Position numbers and translations under genes: made by a program. DNA of 64,000 nucleotides from Candidatus Latescibacterota bacterium. GTDB taxonomy: Bacteria; Latescibacterota; UBA2968; GCA-2709665. Positions within the stretch are counted from its first letter, which is position 1, and every line of letters begins with the position of its first letter. The notes beneath the pieces were generated by a model, which was given only the letters and a program-made list of their open reading frames with translations, did no database searches and was not told where the DNA came from. Below, in pieces: positions 46,249 through 57,045 of the stretch. The stretch spans positions 5,632,001-5,696,000 of the forward strand of contig OZ241917.1 in the NCBI GenBank assembly GCA_965203805.1, in the 5' to 3' direction.

Positions 46249-48287
46249 CGTTCGATCGATCCCTGATGGCGCCCGCCGAGTTCGAATTCGTGGTTGTGGC
46301 GGATACCCACTACATGCTCGATCCGGGCGGCGGGACACTGGAATTCCAATCCCGGAGGAAGCAGACGGCGAGAGCGGACGCGGCGCTGCGGCTGGCGGCG
46401 TCTCTGGGCGCGGACTTCATCCTGCACATGGGCGACCTGGTCCAGGAATACCCCGAGACGCGGCGCCACAACGAAGCGATCAGCCGGGCGCGGGCGCAAC
46501 TTGCGCGCCTGGGCGCGAAGGTCCGGATCGTTGCCGGCAACCACGACGTTGGCGACAAGCCCGATCCAACCATGCCCACCCGGGCCGTCACGTCCGAGTC
46601 CCTCAAGCGGCATCACGCGCTGTTCGGGGATTCCTGGTACAGCTTCGACCACCAGGATTGCCACTTCGTCGTGATCAACTCCCAGATTCTCAACACCGGA
46701 CTGCCTGAATCCGTATCGCAGCGCGATTGGCTGGAACACGACCTGGCAACCCATGGACAGGGCCGCGTCTTTCTCTTTCTCCACCTGCCGCCTTTCCTGG
46801 AGCAGCCTGATGAGCCGCACCTGGGCAACTACGACAATATCGGCCAGCCCGCGCGCCGCTGGCTGCTCGACCTGACCGCGAGATACGGAATCGACGTGGT
46901 ATGCGCAGCGCACGTCCATTTCGCGTTCCTGAATCGAATCGGGACGACCCGCATCCACAACGTGCCCTCGACCTCCTTCGTGCGCCCCGGCTTCAGCCAC
47001 CTGTTCACCGGCTCCGCGCCACCCGAGCAGGGGAGGGACGACGCGCCGAAACTCGGCTTCCATCTGTTCCGCGTTTTTCGGGAACGGACAGACGTGCATT
47101 TCATTCGGACCATGGGCGCGCTCGCCCTGGACGATGCGGCAACGGCCGCGCCGAAACGACTGCTCACCCGGGTTTCGACCGGATTGCCCGCCTCTCCCCT
47201 GGGGTTGACGCTCCTGCATCCTCTCGTGAACATGGCCGAAATCCCGATTGTGTTTCCCAGCGTCGTCCGGCAACGGGTCAGGAACGACTATCCGCTGCTC
47301 TCCGCGGTGGAACTCGGCGCGTCCGCCGTGCGATTCCCTGCCTCGGACCTCGAAGATTCCAGTCAGAGGGAGAGACTCGAAGTCCTGAGCGACGAGGGGC
47401 TGCGTCTCATGGCAACGTTGCCCGCGTCTTCCGCGGCGGATCTGTTGCGGTACGTCCGGCGGCACGCGGATGCCGTCGATGCGTGGGAAGTCCAGATACC
47501 GGGCGCCCTGCTGCCTTCCGGCGACCTCACGGGGGCCCTCGTGGCGATGGGGAAGGATAATTCGATCCATATCTCTCTGGCGCCTATCCTTGCGGGTGAG
47601 GTCCGCCCCGGCAAACAGCACCCCCGCACCCGGATCGGATACCTTCCCGCCGAACTGTCCGATCTGAACGACTTCCTGGCCGAACACGACGTCTCCGTCG
47701 ACCGGGCCGTGTGCCGTCTGGACGGGAACGAACCGTGGAAGACAGGTCTGGAACTCCCGGACCCCGGCGCCCTGAGCCACGTCAAAGCGGTGGACCTTGT
47801 GGTCTCCCTCGTCTCCTGCGACGACGCGCGGAATGCAAACGCCGCGGCTGAATCGCTCTTTTGCGCCGCCCTGTTGCCCGGGGCCCGCGTCTACTTCGAT
47901 CCCTTTGTCGACCTCGACCGGACCCTCGACGCGGCTCACGGGCTCCTGAACACGTCCTGCAACCCCCGCCCGGCCTTTCACGTACTGCGCTGCCTGAATT
48001 CAGTGCTCTATCGCGAGCGGGTTTCGCGCAAGGATACCGGAGCCGTCGAACTGCCAGGGACGACGGTTCGGACATTGACCGGTGGAGATTGTCTCCATGC
48101 ACTGATTACCTCCGAACGCGGCGAGCTTCCGGATCTCGGCGGCCTGGCGTTTCCCGGGATTTCAGGGGACGCCCCGTCGCGTCTTTACCGCCTTTCCGAA
48201 GGTACGGTTCAGGCGGGCCCGTTCGAACGCCTCCTGGGACGCGCGAGGGGTCTTTCCAGCCCGGTACTCCTTACTTCCGACCCGTAA
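46245..48287 (+). CDS. Metallophosphoesterase with long C-terminal domain
   Basis: ADTH, GDLV, GNHD, AHVH. Confidence 0.8.
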   Translation: MTFDRSLMAPAEFEFVVVADTHYMLDPGGGTLEFQSRRKQTARADAALRLAASLGADFILHMGDLVQEYPETRRHNEAISRARAQLARLGAKVRIVAGNHDVGDKPDPTMPTRAVTSESLKRHHALFGDSWYSFDHQDCHFVVINSQILNTGLPESVSQRDWLEHDLATHGQGRVFLFLHLPPFLEQPDEPHLGNYDNIGQPARRWLLDLTARYGIDVVCAAHVHFAFLNRIGTTRIHNVPSTSFVRPGFSHLFTGSAPPEQGRDDAPKLGFHLFRVFRERTDVHFIRTMGALALDDAATAAPKRLLTRVSTGLPASPLGLTLLHPLVNMAEIPIVFPSVVRQRVRNDYPLLSAVELGASAVRFPASDLEDSSQRERLEVLSDEGLRLMATLPASSAADLLRYVRRHADAVDAWEVQIPGALLPSGDLTGALVAMGKDNSIHISLAPILAGEVRPGKQHPRTRIGYLPAELSDLNDFLAEHDVSVDRAVCRLDGNEPWKTGLELPDPGALSHVKAVDLVVSLVSCDDARNANAAAESLFCAALLPGARVYFDPFVDLDRTLDAAHGLLNTSCNPRPAFHVLRCLNSVLYRERVSRKDTGAVELPGTTVRTLTGGDCLHALITSERGELPDLGGLAFPGISGDAPSRLYRLSEGTVQAGPFERLLGRARGLSSPVLLTSDP

Positions 48288-48416
48288 ACCTCCCGCCTAT
48301 TGGGTTGACATTTTCTCCGGTTCTATTGATCTTTCGGCATAACGGTTCTGCACGTTTCAATTGAGCTTCGATCCCCGGTTTTGCGTACGAACCCACAAGA
48401 AGCGAGGATTTGCCGC

Positions 48417-49214
48417 ATGGCGAAAATGTTGCGCGTCTGCCTGGCCGCCCTGAAACAGCGGCCCTCCGTGACGGAAGGGGTCGAGAAACTGGTTTCCGTT
48501 CTTCACGAGTGCCGGGACCGGAAGGTGGATATCGTCTGCACGCCCGAGACGTACCTTCCAGGCTTGAGAGGCGCGTCGTTCGATCTGCCCGACCCGGATC
48601 AGCCCGCCATGGAACAGGCGCTGAAGGACCTTCGCACGGCCTGTCGCGAAACCGGGGTGGCCATCATCGCCGGGATGGAATGGCAGTCCGAACTCGGCCT
48701 TGAAAACAGGGCATTCGTCATCTCACCGGCGGGCCGGGTGCTCGGCTATCAGACCAAAAACCAGATCACGCCGGGCGGCGAGTCAGAGAACTACGTGCCG
48801 GACGGGCAGCGACGGGTGTTTGCCGTGAAGGGCGTCAAGTTCGGAATTTCCATCTGCCACGAAGGCTGGCGCTATCCGGAAACCGTTCGGTGGCCCGCCG
48901 TCCGGGGCGCGCGGATCGTCTTTCAACCCCAGGTCACGGGAAGCGACGAAGGAGGCAGGGGGCAGGGCGAGTGGGGCGAATCCTTCTACGAGAAGGCCAT
49001 GCAGTGCCGGGCGGGGGAGAACAATATCTACTTCGCCAGCGTCAACCAGGCCATGAAGGGCCAGAATTCGGCCACCAGCCTCATCGACCCTCAGGGCAAC
49101 CTCATCGAAACCATCCCGCGCGGAAGAGAAGACCTTCTCATCGCGGACCTGGACATGGAAAGAGCCACGCGGTTCTACACCAGGCGGTACCGGTCCGAAC
49201 TCTATCCAGCCTGA
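48417..49214 (+). CDS. Carbon-nitrogen hydrolase (nitrilase family)
   Basis: Catalytic E-K-C: TPE, QTK, ICHE; ENNIYFASVN. Confidence 0.88.
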   Translation: MAKMLRVCLAALKQRPSVTEGVEKLVSVLHECRDRKVDIVCTPETYLPGLRGASFDLPDPDQPAMEQALKDLRTACRETGVAIIAGMEWQSELGLENRAFVISPAGRVLGYQTKNQITPGGESENYVPDGQRRVFAVKGVKFGISICHEGWRYPETVRWPAVRGARIVFQPQVTGSDEGGRGQGEWGESFYEKAMQCRAGENNIYFASVNQAMKGQNSATSLIDPQGNLIETIPRGREDLLIADLDMERATRFYTRRYRSELYPA

Positions 49215-49234
49215 CCCACCCCGGAGGAAGATAA

Positions 49235-50566
49235 ATGGCCAGGGCCGCAGTCGTCTTGTTCAGCGTCTGTCTCCTTTTGAGCGGCAGCGCCGTCGCGCAG
49301 GAAGCGCCCACCGTCGACTTCGACGAAGACGGCGAAGTCGGTTTTTCGGATTTCATCCTCTTCGCGAGGGGATTCGGGAAAACCGATCAGGACGCCGGTT
49401 TCGACGCAAGGCTGGACCTGAACGACAACGGGGAAGTGGACTTTCAGGACTTCATCCTCTTCGCTCAGCAGTTCGGCGGCTCGACGCCGGCCGAAGACGA
49501 CCGGGACCGTGAACCCTTCGACCCGGCGCGCGTTTATTTCGCGGATTTTCGTGCAGACAGGGTTTTCGTGGTGGATGCCGAGACGAATTTTTACGATCCC
49601 GGTCTTTCCGTCTCCCTCAGCCAGCCGCGCAGCATAACTTACTCGTATCTGAACAGACGTATTTATGTCGTCGGACAGGACTCGTTCTATGCACTTACCG
49701 AGTCTAGCGAGATTGACTTCAGGCTGCCGCTCCTGGATCCGGCCGACTCGCCGGATTCCAGGCCGCGCACCCGTGGCGGATTCCGCATAGCACTTTCCCC
49801 CGACCATCGTCTTGCCTACATCACCGAAGATATCGCCAGTCAAATCGAAGTCATCCACCTCAAAAACGCGGAGTCAGTGGGCCTGATTCCTCTTTCGATG
49901 CCTCCCGGCGGTGTCGGCGTATCTCCGGACGGCGGCACGCTCTACGTGGCACATGCCAACAGACCGTGGCTTTCGGTAATCGACGCTTCCGAACGGGCCC
50001 TCGCGGACAGTATCCGGCTCGATGGACGGGGCAACGGGCGCTTGGTCGCGTCGCCAGAGGGAGACAGGATCTATACCGCAACCACCCGGGGCGGCGAAGA
50101 TCCGTCGGTACAGATCGTCTCGGTCGATCCTGCGACTGGAGAGATCGTCAATTCGTTGGAAATCGCGCCGGATTCGACGACGAAGGTATGGGACCTTCAG
50201 GCGTCCAGGGACGGAAGTAAGCTCTACGCAACAGTAAAGCGGATAATTATTGCGCCGTCGACACAGTTCGGTTTTGTGGTAGAGGGCTATTTCTGGATAG
50301 TCGATTCAGCCTCTCTCGAATTAACGAGCGAAATCCAGGTTGAAGGAGAAGCCGTGAATTTCGGGGTCACCCGTGACGACAAAACCGCATACGTCGCCAA
50401 TATCGATCCATTCACCGGCGTGATCCGACTCACGATCCTCGACCTGGACGCCAATGCCGTCCTGGGTTCCCTTCCAGTGACCTTTCTGTCGGCGTTCGAC
50501 ATCAGGGCTTACGGCGGGAAGGCGGCATTGGGTCGCGTTGCGGTCCCTGAAATTGCCGTCTTCTAA
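49235..50566 (+). CDS. Secreted dockerin/EF-hand-like plus YVTN-type beta-propeller protein
   Basis: Signal peptide; DFDEDGEVGFSDFILFA and DLNDNGEVDFQDFILFA; SPDG..LYV repeats. Confidence 0.8.
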   Translation: MARAAVVLFSVCLLLSGSAVAQEAPTVDFDEDGEVGFSDFILFARGFGKTDQDAGFDARLDLNDNGEVDFQDFILFAQQFGGSTPAEDDRDREPFDPARVYFADFRADRVFVVDAETNFYDPGLSVSLSQPRSITYSYLNRRIYVVGQDSFYALTESSEIDFRLPLLDPADSPDSRPRTRGGFRIALSPDHRLAYITEDIASQIEVIHLKNAESVGLIPLSMPPGGVGVSPDGGTLYVAHANRPWLSVIDASERALADSIRLDGRGNGRLVASPEGDRIYTATTRGGEDPSVQIVSVDPATGEIVNSLEIAPDSTTKVWDLQASRDGSKLYATVKRIIIAPSTQFGFVVEGYFWIVDSASLELTSEIQVEGEAVNFGVTRDDKTAYVANIDPFTGVIRLTILDLDANAVLGSLPVTFLSAFDIRAYGGKAALGRVAVPEIAVF

Positions 50567-50799
50567 TGCCCTGTCGCAGGGGTCCGGATCATCTGCGCGA
50601 GCGCATCCGCCACCCGATGCAGCGTGAACTCCGTGTGGCGTTTCGCGCGTGGATTTCGCGTTGCCGGCGGTCCCGGGAAGCGCTTCAGGACGAAATTTAC
50701 CTATAAAGCGCTTGCGAATCACGCCGAATTCCGGTAGATTTTCACAATAGAACATTAGATTGTATCGGATGCGTCACCTATAGAAGAGGAGCGAGAATC

Positions 50800-51855
50800 A
50801 TGCTTTCATCGCTTCTTCTGGAACCCGGCCGTCTCGAGCTGCGGGACGTGGACATACCCAGCGCCGGTCCTGGCGAAGTGGTCGTCAGGGTGCGGTCCGC
50901 GCTCACGTGCGGCACCGAACTGAAGACCTTCCGCCGCGGCCACCCCAAGATTCCAACGCCAACGCCGCTGGGGCATGAGTTCTCAGGCGATATCTACGAA
51001 GTCGGCGAGGGGGTCACCAGATTCAAGCCGGGCGACCAGGTCATGACCGCGCCCACCGCGCCCTGCGGCGAATGTGTGTACTGCCGGAAGTCGAGGGAAA
51101 ACCTCTGCCCGTACGCCATCGACGAGATGGTATTCGGCGCTTTTGCGGAATACGTTCGCGTTCCGGCCCACGTCGTCGAAAACAACATGTACAGAAAGCC
51201 TGCCGATCTCTCCTACGAGGAAGCGGCGATGCTGGAGCCGCTCTCGTGCGTGGTCTACGGTATGGACCAGGTGCTTATGGGGACGGACGCTACCGTGCTC
51301 ATCATCGGCGCGGGCGCCATCGGTCTGATGCACACGGCCGTCGTGCGCGCCTTTGGCGCAAAGCGCGTGATTGTCGCGGGCAAACGCGAGCACCGTCTCA
51401 GACTTGCCACCACGCTCGGCGCCGACGAGATCATCGACGTGGAAACGGAAAACGCGATTGACCGTGTCAGGGAACTGACGGGCGGCATCGGCGCGGACCT
51501 GGTGATCGAATGCACCGGACAGCTGGCCGTCTGGGAGAGCACGCCCGACCTGGTCGCCAAAGGGGGCACAATCGTTCTGTTCGGCGGCCTTCCGAAGGGC
51601 ACGGTCGCCACCTTCGACACGACCCGGTTACACTACGATCAGATTACTCTCAAGGGCGTGTTTCACTATAGCCGAAGCGCCGTCAAGAAGGCCTATCAGA
51701 TGCTGGTCGACAGGAAAATCCATCTCAACGGCCTGATTTCGGGCACCTATTCTCTGTCCGATCTGAAACACGTCTTCGAACTTCTTCTGAAGAAGGGTAA
51801 CGACGTCAAATTCGCCGTTGTGCCTACCGAGCCCAGCCCGGAAAAAGCCGGGTAA
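50800..51855 (+). CDS. Zn-dependent alcohol dehydrogenase (MDR)
   Basis: CGTE, GHE, CGECVYC..NLC, GAGAIG. Confidence 0.9.
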   Translation: MLSSLLLEPGRLELRDVDIPSAGPGEVVVRVRSALTCGTELKTFRRGHPKIPTPTPLGHEFSGDIYEVGEGVTRFKPGDQVMTAPTAPCGECVYCRKSRENLCPYAIDEMVFGAFAEYVRVPAHVVENNMYRKPADLSYEEAAMLEPLSCVVYGMDQVLMGTDATVLIIGAGAIGLMHTAVVRAFGAKRVIVAGKREHRLRLATTLGADEIIDVETENAIDRVRELTGGIGADLVIECTGQLAVWESTPDLVAKGGTIVLFGGLPKGTVATFDTTRLHYDQITLKGVFHYSRSAVKKAYQMLVDRKIHLNGLISGTYSLSDLKHVFELLLKKGNDVKFAVVPTEPSPEKAG

Positions 51856-52895
51856 TGCGCGTAGCCCGTCTCTACGATTACGGCGACGTCCGCATCGAAG
51901 AAGAACCGATCCCGGAAATCGGTCCTGAAGACGCCCTCGTCAAAATGGCGGTTTGCGGCATCTGTACCAGCGATACGCTGCCGTGGTACGTGCGCCGCAA
52001 GGCTCCCATCGTTCTCGGCCACGAACCCGCCGGGACGATCGTCGACGTCGGCTCAGAAGCCACCGGATTCTCACCCGGGGATCGGGTTTTCGCTCACCAT
52101 CACGCCCCCTGCATGATCTGCCGTTTCTGCCGCCGGGGGCATTTTTCAATGTGCCCCACCTGGAAAGCCTCCGCGCTGGACCCCGGCGGACTCGCTGAAT
52201 TCGTCCGCGTTCCCGGTCTCAACCTCAAAACCGATACCCTGAAGCTACCGGCTTCGCTGTCCCTGGAAGACGGCGCGCTCGTCGAGCCGACCGCATGCGC
52301 GGTCCAGGCGCTGAAACGCCGCGCCCGCATGCAGCCTGGCGACCGCGTGGTGATCATCGGGATGGGCATTATGGGCCAGCTTCTCGCGCTGGTCGCCCGG
52401 CATTACGGCGCGTCCACCGTGATTGCGTCGGACATGGTGCCCTACCGGCTGGAAAAAGCCCTGGAACTCGGAGCCGACGCAGGCGTCAACGTTACGATGG
52501 AGGACTTGGCTGAATCCGTCGCTGACGCCACCCGCGGGGACATGGCCGACCTGGTTGTGGTCGGTCCGGGAACGCTGACGGCGATGGAGGCGGGTTTGAC
52601 CGCGGTGGGCGTGGGCGGGACCGTGCTTCTGTTCACACCTGCCGAACCCGGCCGAACCCTCTCTGTCGATCCTTACGATCTCTATTCCAGGGACATTACC
52701 CTCCTGACCAGTTATTCCTGCGGTCCTCCCGACACCGTGGAAGCCCTGGACATCGTTGGGCGAGGGGTGGTGACCGCCGGAAAACTCGTCACCCACCGTT
52801 TCTCTCTGGAAGAAGCCGCCGCCGGTTTTCAGACCGTGGCGGAAGCCGGGGAATCCGTCAAGACCCTTATCGTCATCGACGATACCCAGGCGTAG
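51855..52895 (+). CDS. Zn-dependent alcohol dehydrogenase (MDR)
   Basis: GICTSD, GHE, CMICRFC..MC, GMGIMG. Confidence 0.9.
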   Translation: MRVARLYDYGDVRIEEEPIPEIGPEDALVKMAVCGICTSDTLPWYVRRKAPIVLGHEPAGTIVDVGSEATGFSPGDRVFAHHHAPCMICRFCRRGHFSMCPTWKASALDPGGLAEFVRVPGLNLKTDTLKLPASLSLEDGALVEPTACAVQALKRRARMQPGDRVVIIGMGIMGQLLALVARHYGASTVIASDMVPYRLEKALELGADAGVNVTMEDLAESVADATRGDMADLVVVGPGTLTAMEAGLTAVGVGGTVLLFTPAEPGRTLSVDPYDLYSRDITLLTSYSCGPPDTVEALDIVGRGVVTAGKLVTHRFSLEEAAAGFQTVAEAGESVKTLIVIDDTQA

Positions 52896-52973
52896 AGGCC
52901 GGCGCCCGCCGTTGTCCGGCGGTCTCGCCGACCCTGCGATCCATTGTTTTTCGTTATCGGAAAGGATGCCGGC

Positions 52974-53165
52974 ATGCCCTATGTCAACGTGAAAATGCTC
53001 GACGGACGCACGAAGGACCAGAAACGTGAACTGGTCAGGGCCATTACAGACGCCCTGCAGAATATCTGTGGCGCGAAACCGGAAGGCACGATGGTGGTCA
53101 TCGAGGAGGTGACCCGCGATCACTGGTCGGTGGGCGGGGTGCTGATTGCGGACAGGGACACGTAG
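52974..53165 (+). CDS. 4-oxalocrotonate tautomerase family protein
   Basis: Catalytic Pro1 (MPYV), GRTKDQKREL, WSVGG. Confidence 0.92.
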   Translation: MPYVNVKMLDGRTKDQKRELVRAITDALQNICGAKPEGTMVVIEEVTRDHWSVGGVLIADRDT

Positions 53166-53289
53166 TGTTCTGACCCGGATATCCCTCGCCATTCGACCGT
53201 AGATTAATCCCGTCTCGCTACGTTCCCCTCGCTTGCCGAACTTACACAGGTCGTCTGTGACCTGGTGTGCGGTTTTCGCGCGTTTGACC

Positions 53290-53318
53290 TTGACAGAATT
53301 CTACACGCCGCCTATATT
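53290..53318 (+). promoter_or_regulatory. Sigma70 promoter
   Basis: TTGACA, 17 nt, TATATT. Confidence 0.65.
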
Positions 53319-53461
53319 GCACCGATCCGACGATTGGTTCTGAAAAAGCGGTATGATTCTCGATGGGTTCAACCCTGTCAGAGGGTCGTGCTGTGTTTCC
53401 GTGCCTGGACGTACATCGGCCGAATCGATGGTACGGTGTAAATAAAGAAAGGGGTACGACT

Positions 53462-54700
53462 TTGGACCTCATCATACGATACCTGCACAGACCGGGCATT
53501 TCCGTGCTCGCGCTCCTTGTGGTGGCTACCCTCGGGACCGCGCTTCCGGAGGCGGACGCATCGAAAAAGAAGATTACAAAGGGCGATGCCAAGATTGCCA
53601 AGCGGTCCGCCCACCTCTACATCAGCCAGCGGTTGTTCGACAAGGCCCTCGCCCAGTTGCTGATCGTCATCGAAGGCGATCCCAACGACGTACAGGCGCA
53701 CTTCATGCTTGGCGAGATCTATTCCGAGAAGAACATGCAGGATGAGATGAGAAAGGAATTCGAACTGGTTCTGGCAACGAAGAAAGGGAAGAAGAAATTC
53801 GCCAAGAAGATCCAGCCCTATCTGGACATGTGGTGGAGCCGGAACTACAATAACGCGGTTCGGGCGATTGGCGCCGAAGACTACGGCGCGGCCATCGAGT
53901 CCCTCCAGAGAGCCATCGCGCTGGCGCCGGAGAAGCCCATGACCTATCAGGCGCTGGGGGTGACCTACCTGAACATGGGCCAGGCGCAGGCGGGCATCGA
54001 CGCCTATGAAAAGGCGGTGGAACTCGACAGCACGGAAGCGTCTTCGTTCGTCAACCTGGGCCGTGCGTATATGAACATGAAAAATTACGAAGAAGCGATG
54101 CAGTGCTTCGCCAGGGCATGTGAGCTCGTGCCCGACAACGCCGGTTATCTGAACGACCTCGCCCGCGCCCAGCAGTATATGGACGACAAGGCCGGCGCGC
54201 TCGAAACCGCGGAGAAGGCCCTCGCCATCGACCCCGATAATCTGGACGTGTTGATCATGGCCGGCCAGATGCACCTGATGGGGGGCAATTACGAGAAGGC
54301 GGCCGAACTGCTCGAAAGGGTAACCGCGCAAAGGCCGGATGACGTCGATACGCTGTTCAATCTCGCGGAATGCTACCGGAATCTGGGCAGAACCGACGAG
54401 GCCGTCAACCTGTTCCTGAAGAGCGTCCAGGCCAATCCGCAGGATGCGGACGCCTGGTTCCGGCTGGGCCGGATCTATGAAAAGCAGGGCAAGTTCAAGG
54501 AGTCCATCGATGCCCTCAAGATGGTCGTCAGCCTGAGGGCCACAAGCGTGTCGGGCTGGCAGGCGCTTTCCCGATCGTGGGCCCTGCTTTCGCAGGAGCA
54601 GTCAGACGCGGGTATGGACGACGCGGCTTCGGAGAGCGCGAAGAGTGCGGAGGAGGCATATAATATGAGTACGAGCCTGCAAGACCAGGCCGCCGAGTGA
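53462..54700 (+). CDS. Exported tetratricopeptide repeat protein
   Basis: Multiple TPR-pattern repeats; signal peptide; TTG start after AAAGGGG is uncertain. Confidence 0.85.
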   Translation: MDLIIRYLHRPGISVLALLVVATLGTALPEADASKKKITKGDAKIAKRSAHLYISQRLFDKALAQLLIVIEGDPNDVQAHFMLGEIYSEKNMQDEMRKEFELVLATKKGKKKFAKKIQPYLDMWWSRNYNNAVRAIGAEDYGAAIESLQRAIALAPEKPMTYQALGVTYLNMGQAQAGIDAYEKAVELDSTEASSFVNLGRAYMNMKNYEEAMQCFARACELVPDNAGYLNDLARAQQYMDDKAGALETAEKALAIDPDNLDVLIMAGQMHLMGGNYEKAAELLERVTAQRPDDVDTLFNLAECYRNLGRTDEAVNLFLKSVQANPQDADAWFRLGRIYEKQGKFKESIDALKMVVSLRATSVSGWQALSRSWALLSQEQSDAGMDDAASESAKSAEEAYNMSTSLQDQAAE

Positions 54701-54729
54701 ATCGGACCGGCCGCCGGGAGAATGAACCG

Positions 54730-55740
54730 ATGTATCTAACGGATGAGAAAGTCGCCGTTCTGGGCGCGGCCGGAGCCATCGGCTCCAATCTCGCCCAGAC
54801 CCTGCTGGCGTCGGGTACCGCCAGCAGGGTATCTATGTACGACCCGTTCGAACCCGGACTCGAGGGGGCCGCCGAGGAAATCTACCACTGCGGATTTCCG
54901 GGCGCGAACGTCACCTGGACAACCGATATCGCCGAAGCCCTTTCCGGCGCCGCATACGTGATCAGTTCGGGCGGGGCGCCTAGGAAAGAAGGGATGACGC
55001 GCGAAGACCTCACGCGGGACAACGGCCTGATCGCAAAGCAGCTCGGCCTGGACATCAAGCAGCATTGTCCGGCCTGCAAGTTCGTCATTATCATTTTCAA
55101 CCCCGCGGACATCACCGGGCTCACCACGCTGGTGCACTCAGGCCTTCCCTCCGGCAGGGTGGCCACGCTGGCCGCCCTGGACAGTACACGGCTGCAGACT
55201 GCGCTGGCCCAGCATTTCGGAATCCGGCAGGACCTGGTCACCGGCTGCAAGACCTACGGCGGCCACGGCGAGACGATGGCCGTATTCACGAGTGGAACCG
55301 CGGTTGACGGCATCCCCCTCACGGATATCCTCACGGGCAGTACCGTAAACAGCGTAGGCCTCACGCCGGAGGCGTGGAGTGGCATCCAGTCCCACGTGAC
55401 CGGCGGCGGCGCCCGGATCATCCGGTTGCGAGGCCGCTCGTCTTTCCAGTCTCCCGCGCAGCAAAGCGTCTTCATGTTGCGGGGGTTGTTCGGCGAACCC
55501 TACGACTGGCCGTGCGGCGCTTACGTCGGCAACGGTGAATTCAGCAATATCATGATGGCCCTGCCTGCGACGCTTTCGGCAGACGGCGTAACCAGCAGCA
55601 TGCCTGAGGGAACGGAAGAAGACATGCAGGCGCTGAGGAGTTCCTACGCCCACCTCGTCGGATTGCGCGACGAGATCATCCGGGAGGGCATTCTGCCGCC
55701 CCTGTCGGAGTGGGGGCGCAGCAACCCGAATCTGGCATAG
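54730..55740 (+). CDS. mdh: Malate dehydrogenase (LDH/MDH family)
   Basis: GAAGAIG, GAPRKEGMTREDL, NPAD, LDSTRL, GGHGE, RGRSS. Confidence 0.88.
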   Translation: MYLTDEKVAVLGAAGAIGSNLAQTLLASGTASRVSMYDPFEPGLEGAAEEIYHCGFPGANVTWTTDIAEALSGAAYVISSGGAPRKEGMTREDLTRDNGLIAKQLGLDIKQHCPACKFVIIIFNPADITGLTTLVHSGLPSGRVATLAALDSTRLQTALAQHFGIRQDLVTGCKTYGGHGETMAVFTSGTAVDGIPLTDILTGSTVNSVGLTPEAWSGIQSHVTGGGARIIRLRGRSSFQSPAQQSVFMLRGLFGEPYDWPCGAYVGNGEFSNIMMALPATLSADGVTSSMPEGTEEDMQALRSSYAHLVGLRDEIIREGILPPLSEWGRSNPNLA

Positions 55741-55763
55741 GTACCGAACTGAAATCACACGTT

Positions 55764-55797
55764 GAAGGGGCGCCCGTCGGGTTGCCCCTTTTCGTTT
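55764..55797 (+). terminator. Terminator after mdh
   Basis: GAAGGGGC-GCCCGTCGGGTT-GCCCCTTT followed by TCGTTT. Confidence 0.55.
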
Positions 55798-55880
55798 GCC
55801 GCACCTGGGCTTTTTCGTTATTTTCAGGCCGCAAACCGCAGAAACCGCGCCACGCTTCACCCCCATCGTCGAGGAACTCC

Positions 55881-57029
55881 GTGTCCACACCCTACGACAT
55901 GCTCATCAAGGGCGGGACGGTGATCGACCCGGCGCAGAATCTGCATGCGGTCCGGGACGTGGCCGTTACGGGCGGACGGATCGCCGCGCTGGAAGATGAG
56001 ATCTACGAAGAGACGGCGCAGACCGTGGTCGACGCCGCCGGGTACCTGGTAACGCCCGGCCTGATCGATCTGCACGTCCACGTCTGGTGGGGCGTCTCGC
56101 ATTACGGCGTGGAAGCGGACCCCACGTGCCTGGCCAGAGGCGTGACCACCGTCTACGATACCGGTTCCGCGGGCGCCGACACGTTTCCGGGATTCAGGAA
56201 GTACGTGATCCACGCCAGCGCAACCCGAATCAAGGCCTTCCTGCACGTCTCGTCGCAGGGCTTGCTCTCGCCCGATATCGGCGAACTTACGGATCTCCGG
56301 TTCGCCGACGTGGACCGCGCCGTACGGATGTGTGAGGAATACAAGGAAGACATTGTCGGCGTCAAGATCCGGATGACGACGAAATTGGTTGGGGAGAACG
56401 GCGAAGAAGGGCTGAAGCGGGCACGCGAGATATCCGACGCCACCGGTCTCCCGCTGATGATCCACCCCAACGCCAGCCCCCTGTCGTTCGATGCAATGAT
56501 CGACGAATTGCGTGCCGGAGACATCGTCACCCACTGCTTTCACCAGAGCGACACCGGCATCCTGGACGATTCGGGCGCGGTCCGTCCCGCCGCGCGAAGG
56601 GCCGCGGAAAACGGGATTCTCTTCGACGTGGGCCACGGCCAGGGCAGCTTTGTGTTCGACGTTGCCGAAGCCGCATTGGCTCAGGACTTCCCGCCGGGCG
56701 CTATTTCGAGCGACCTGCACGTCTACAATCTGAACGGGCCGGTGTTCGACCTCCTCACCACCGTCTCCAAATTTCTCTTCCTTGGCCTGTCGCTGGATCA
56801 GGCCCTGGAGAAGGTGACGGCGGCCCCGGCGCGCGCCATGGGCGTACTGGATGAAATCGGCACGCTGCGTCCCGGAGCGGCGGCCGACCTGGCCATCCTC
56901 GACCTCAAATCGGGCAAATTCGTTTTCACCGATACAAGCGGCCGGACCCGTTCGGCTGAACAGAAACTCGAAGCGGTTTCCACCATCCGCGCCGGCAGGC
57001 TCTATGCAGCGTCGGCGTTCGAAGACTGA
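55881..57029 (+). CDS. Amidohydrolase/deacetylase, dihydroorotase-like
   Basis: LIKGGTVIDP, PGLIDLHVH, GVTT..DTGSAG, GVKIR, DVGHG, ISSD. Confidence 0.88.
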   Translation: MSTPYDMLIKGGTVIDPAQNLHAVRDVAVTGGRIAALEDEIYEETAQTVVDAAGYLVTPGLIDLHVHVWWGVSHYGVEADPTCLARGVTTVYDTGSAGADTFPGFRKYVIHASATRIKAFLHVSSQGLLSPDIGELTDLRFADVDRAVRMCEEYKEDIVGVKIRMTTKLVGENGEEGLKRAREISDATGLPLMIHPNASPLSFDAMIDELRAGDIVTHCFHQSDTGILDDSGAVRPAARRAAENGILFDVGHGQGSFVFDVAEAALAQDFPPGAISSDLHVYNLNGPVFDLLTTVSKFLFLGLSLDQALEKVTAAPARAMGVLDEIGTLRPGAAADLAILDLKSGKFVFTDTSGRTRSAEQKLEAVSTIRAGRLYAASAFED

Positions 57030-57045
57030 CCACGGGGTACCCCTT

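Noticed and set aside
45909-47981. 690-aa minus-strand ORF and many other long antisense ORFs (e.g. 35-970, 13051-14148, 42004-43224, 55857-57104)
   Set aside because: Shadow frames of motif-bearing genes in high-GC DNA; no recognisable motifs.
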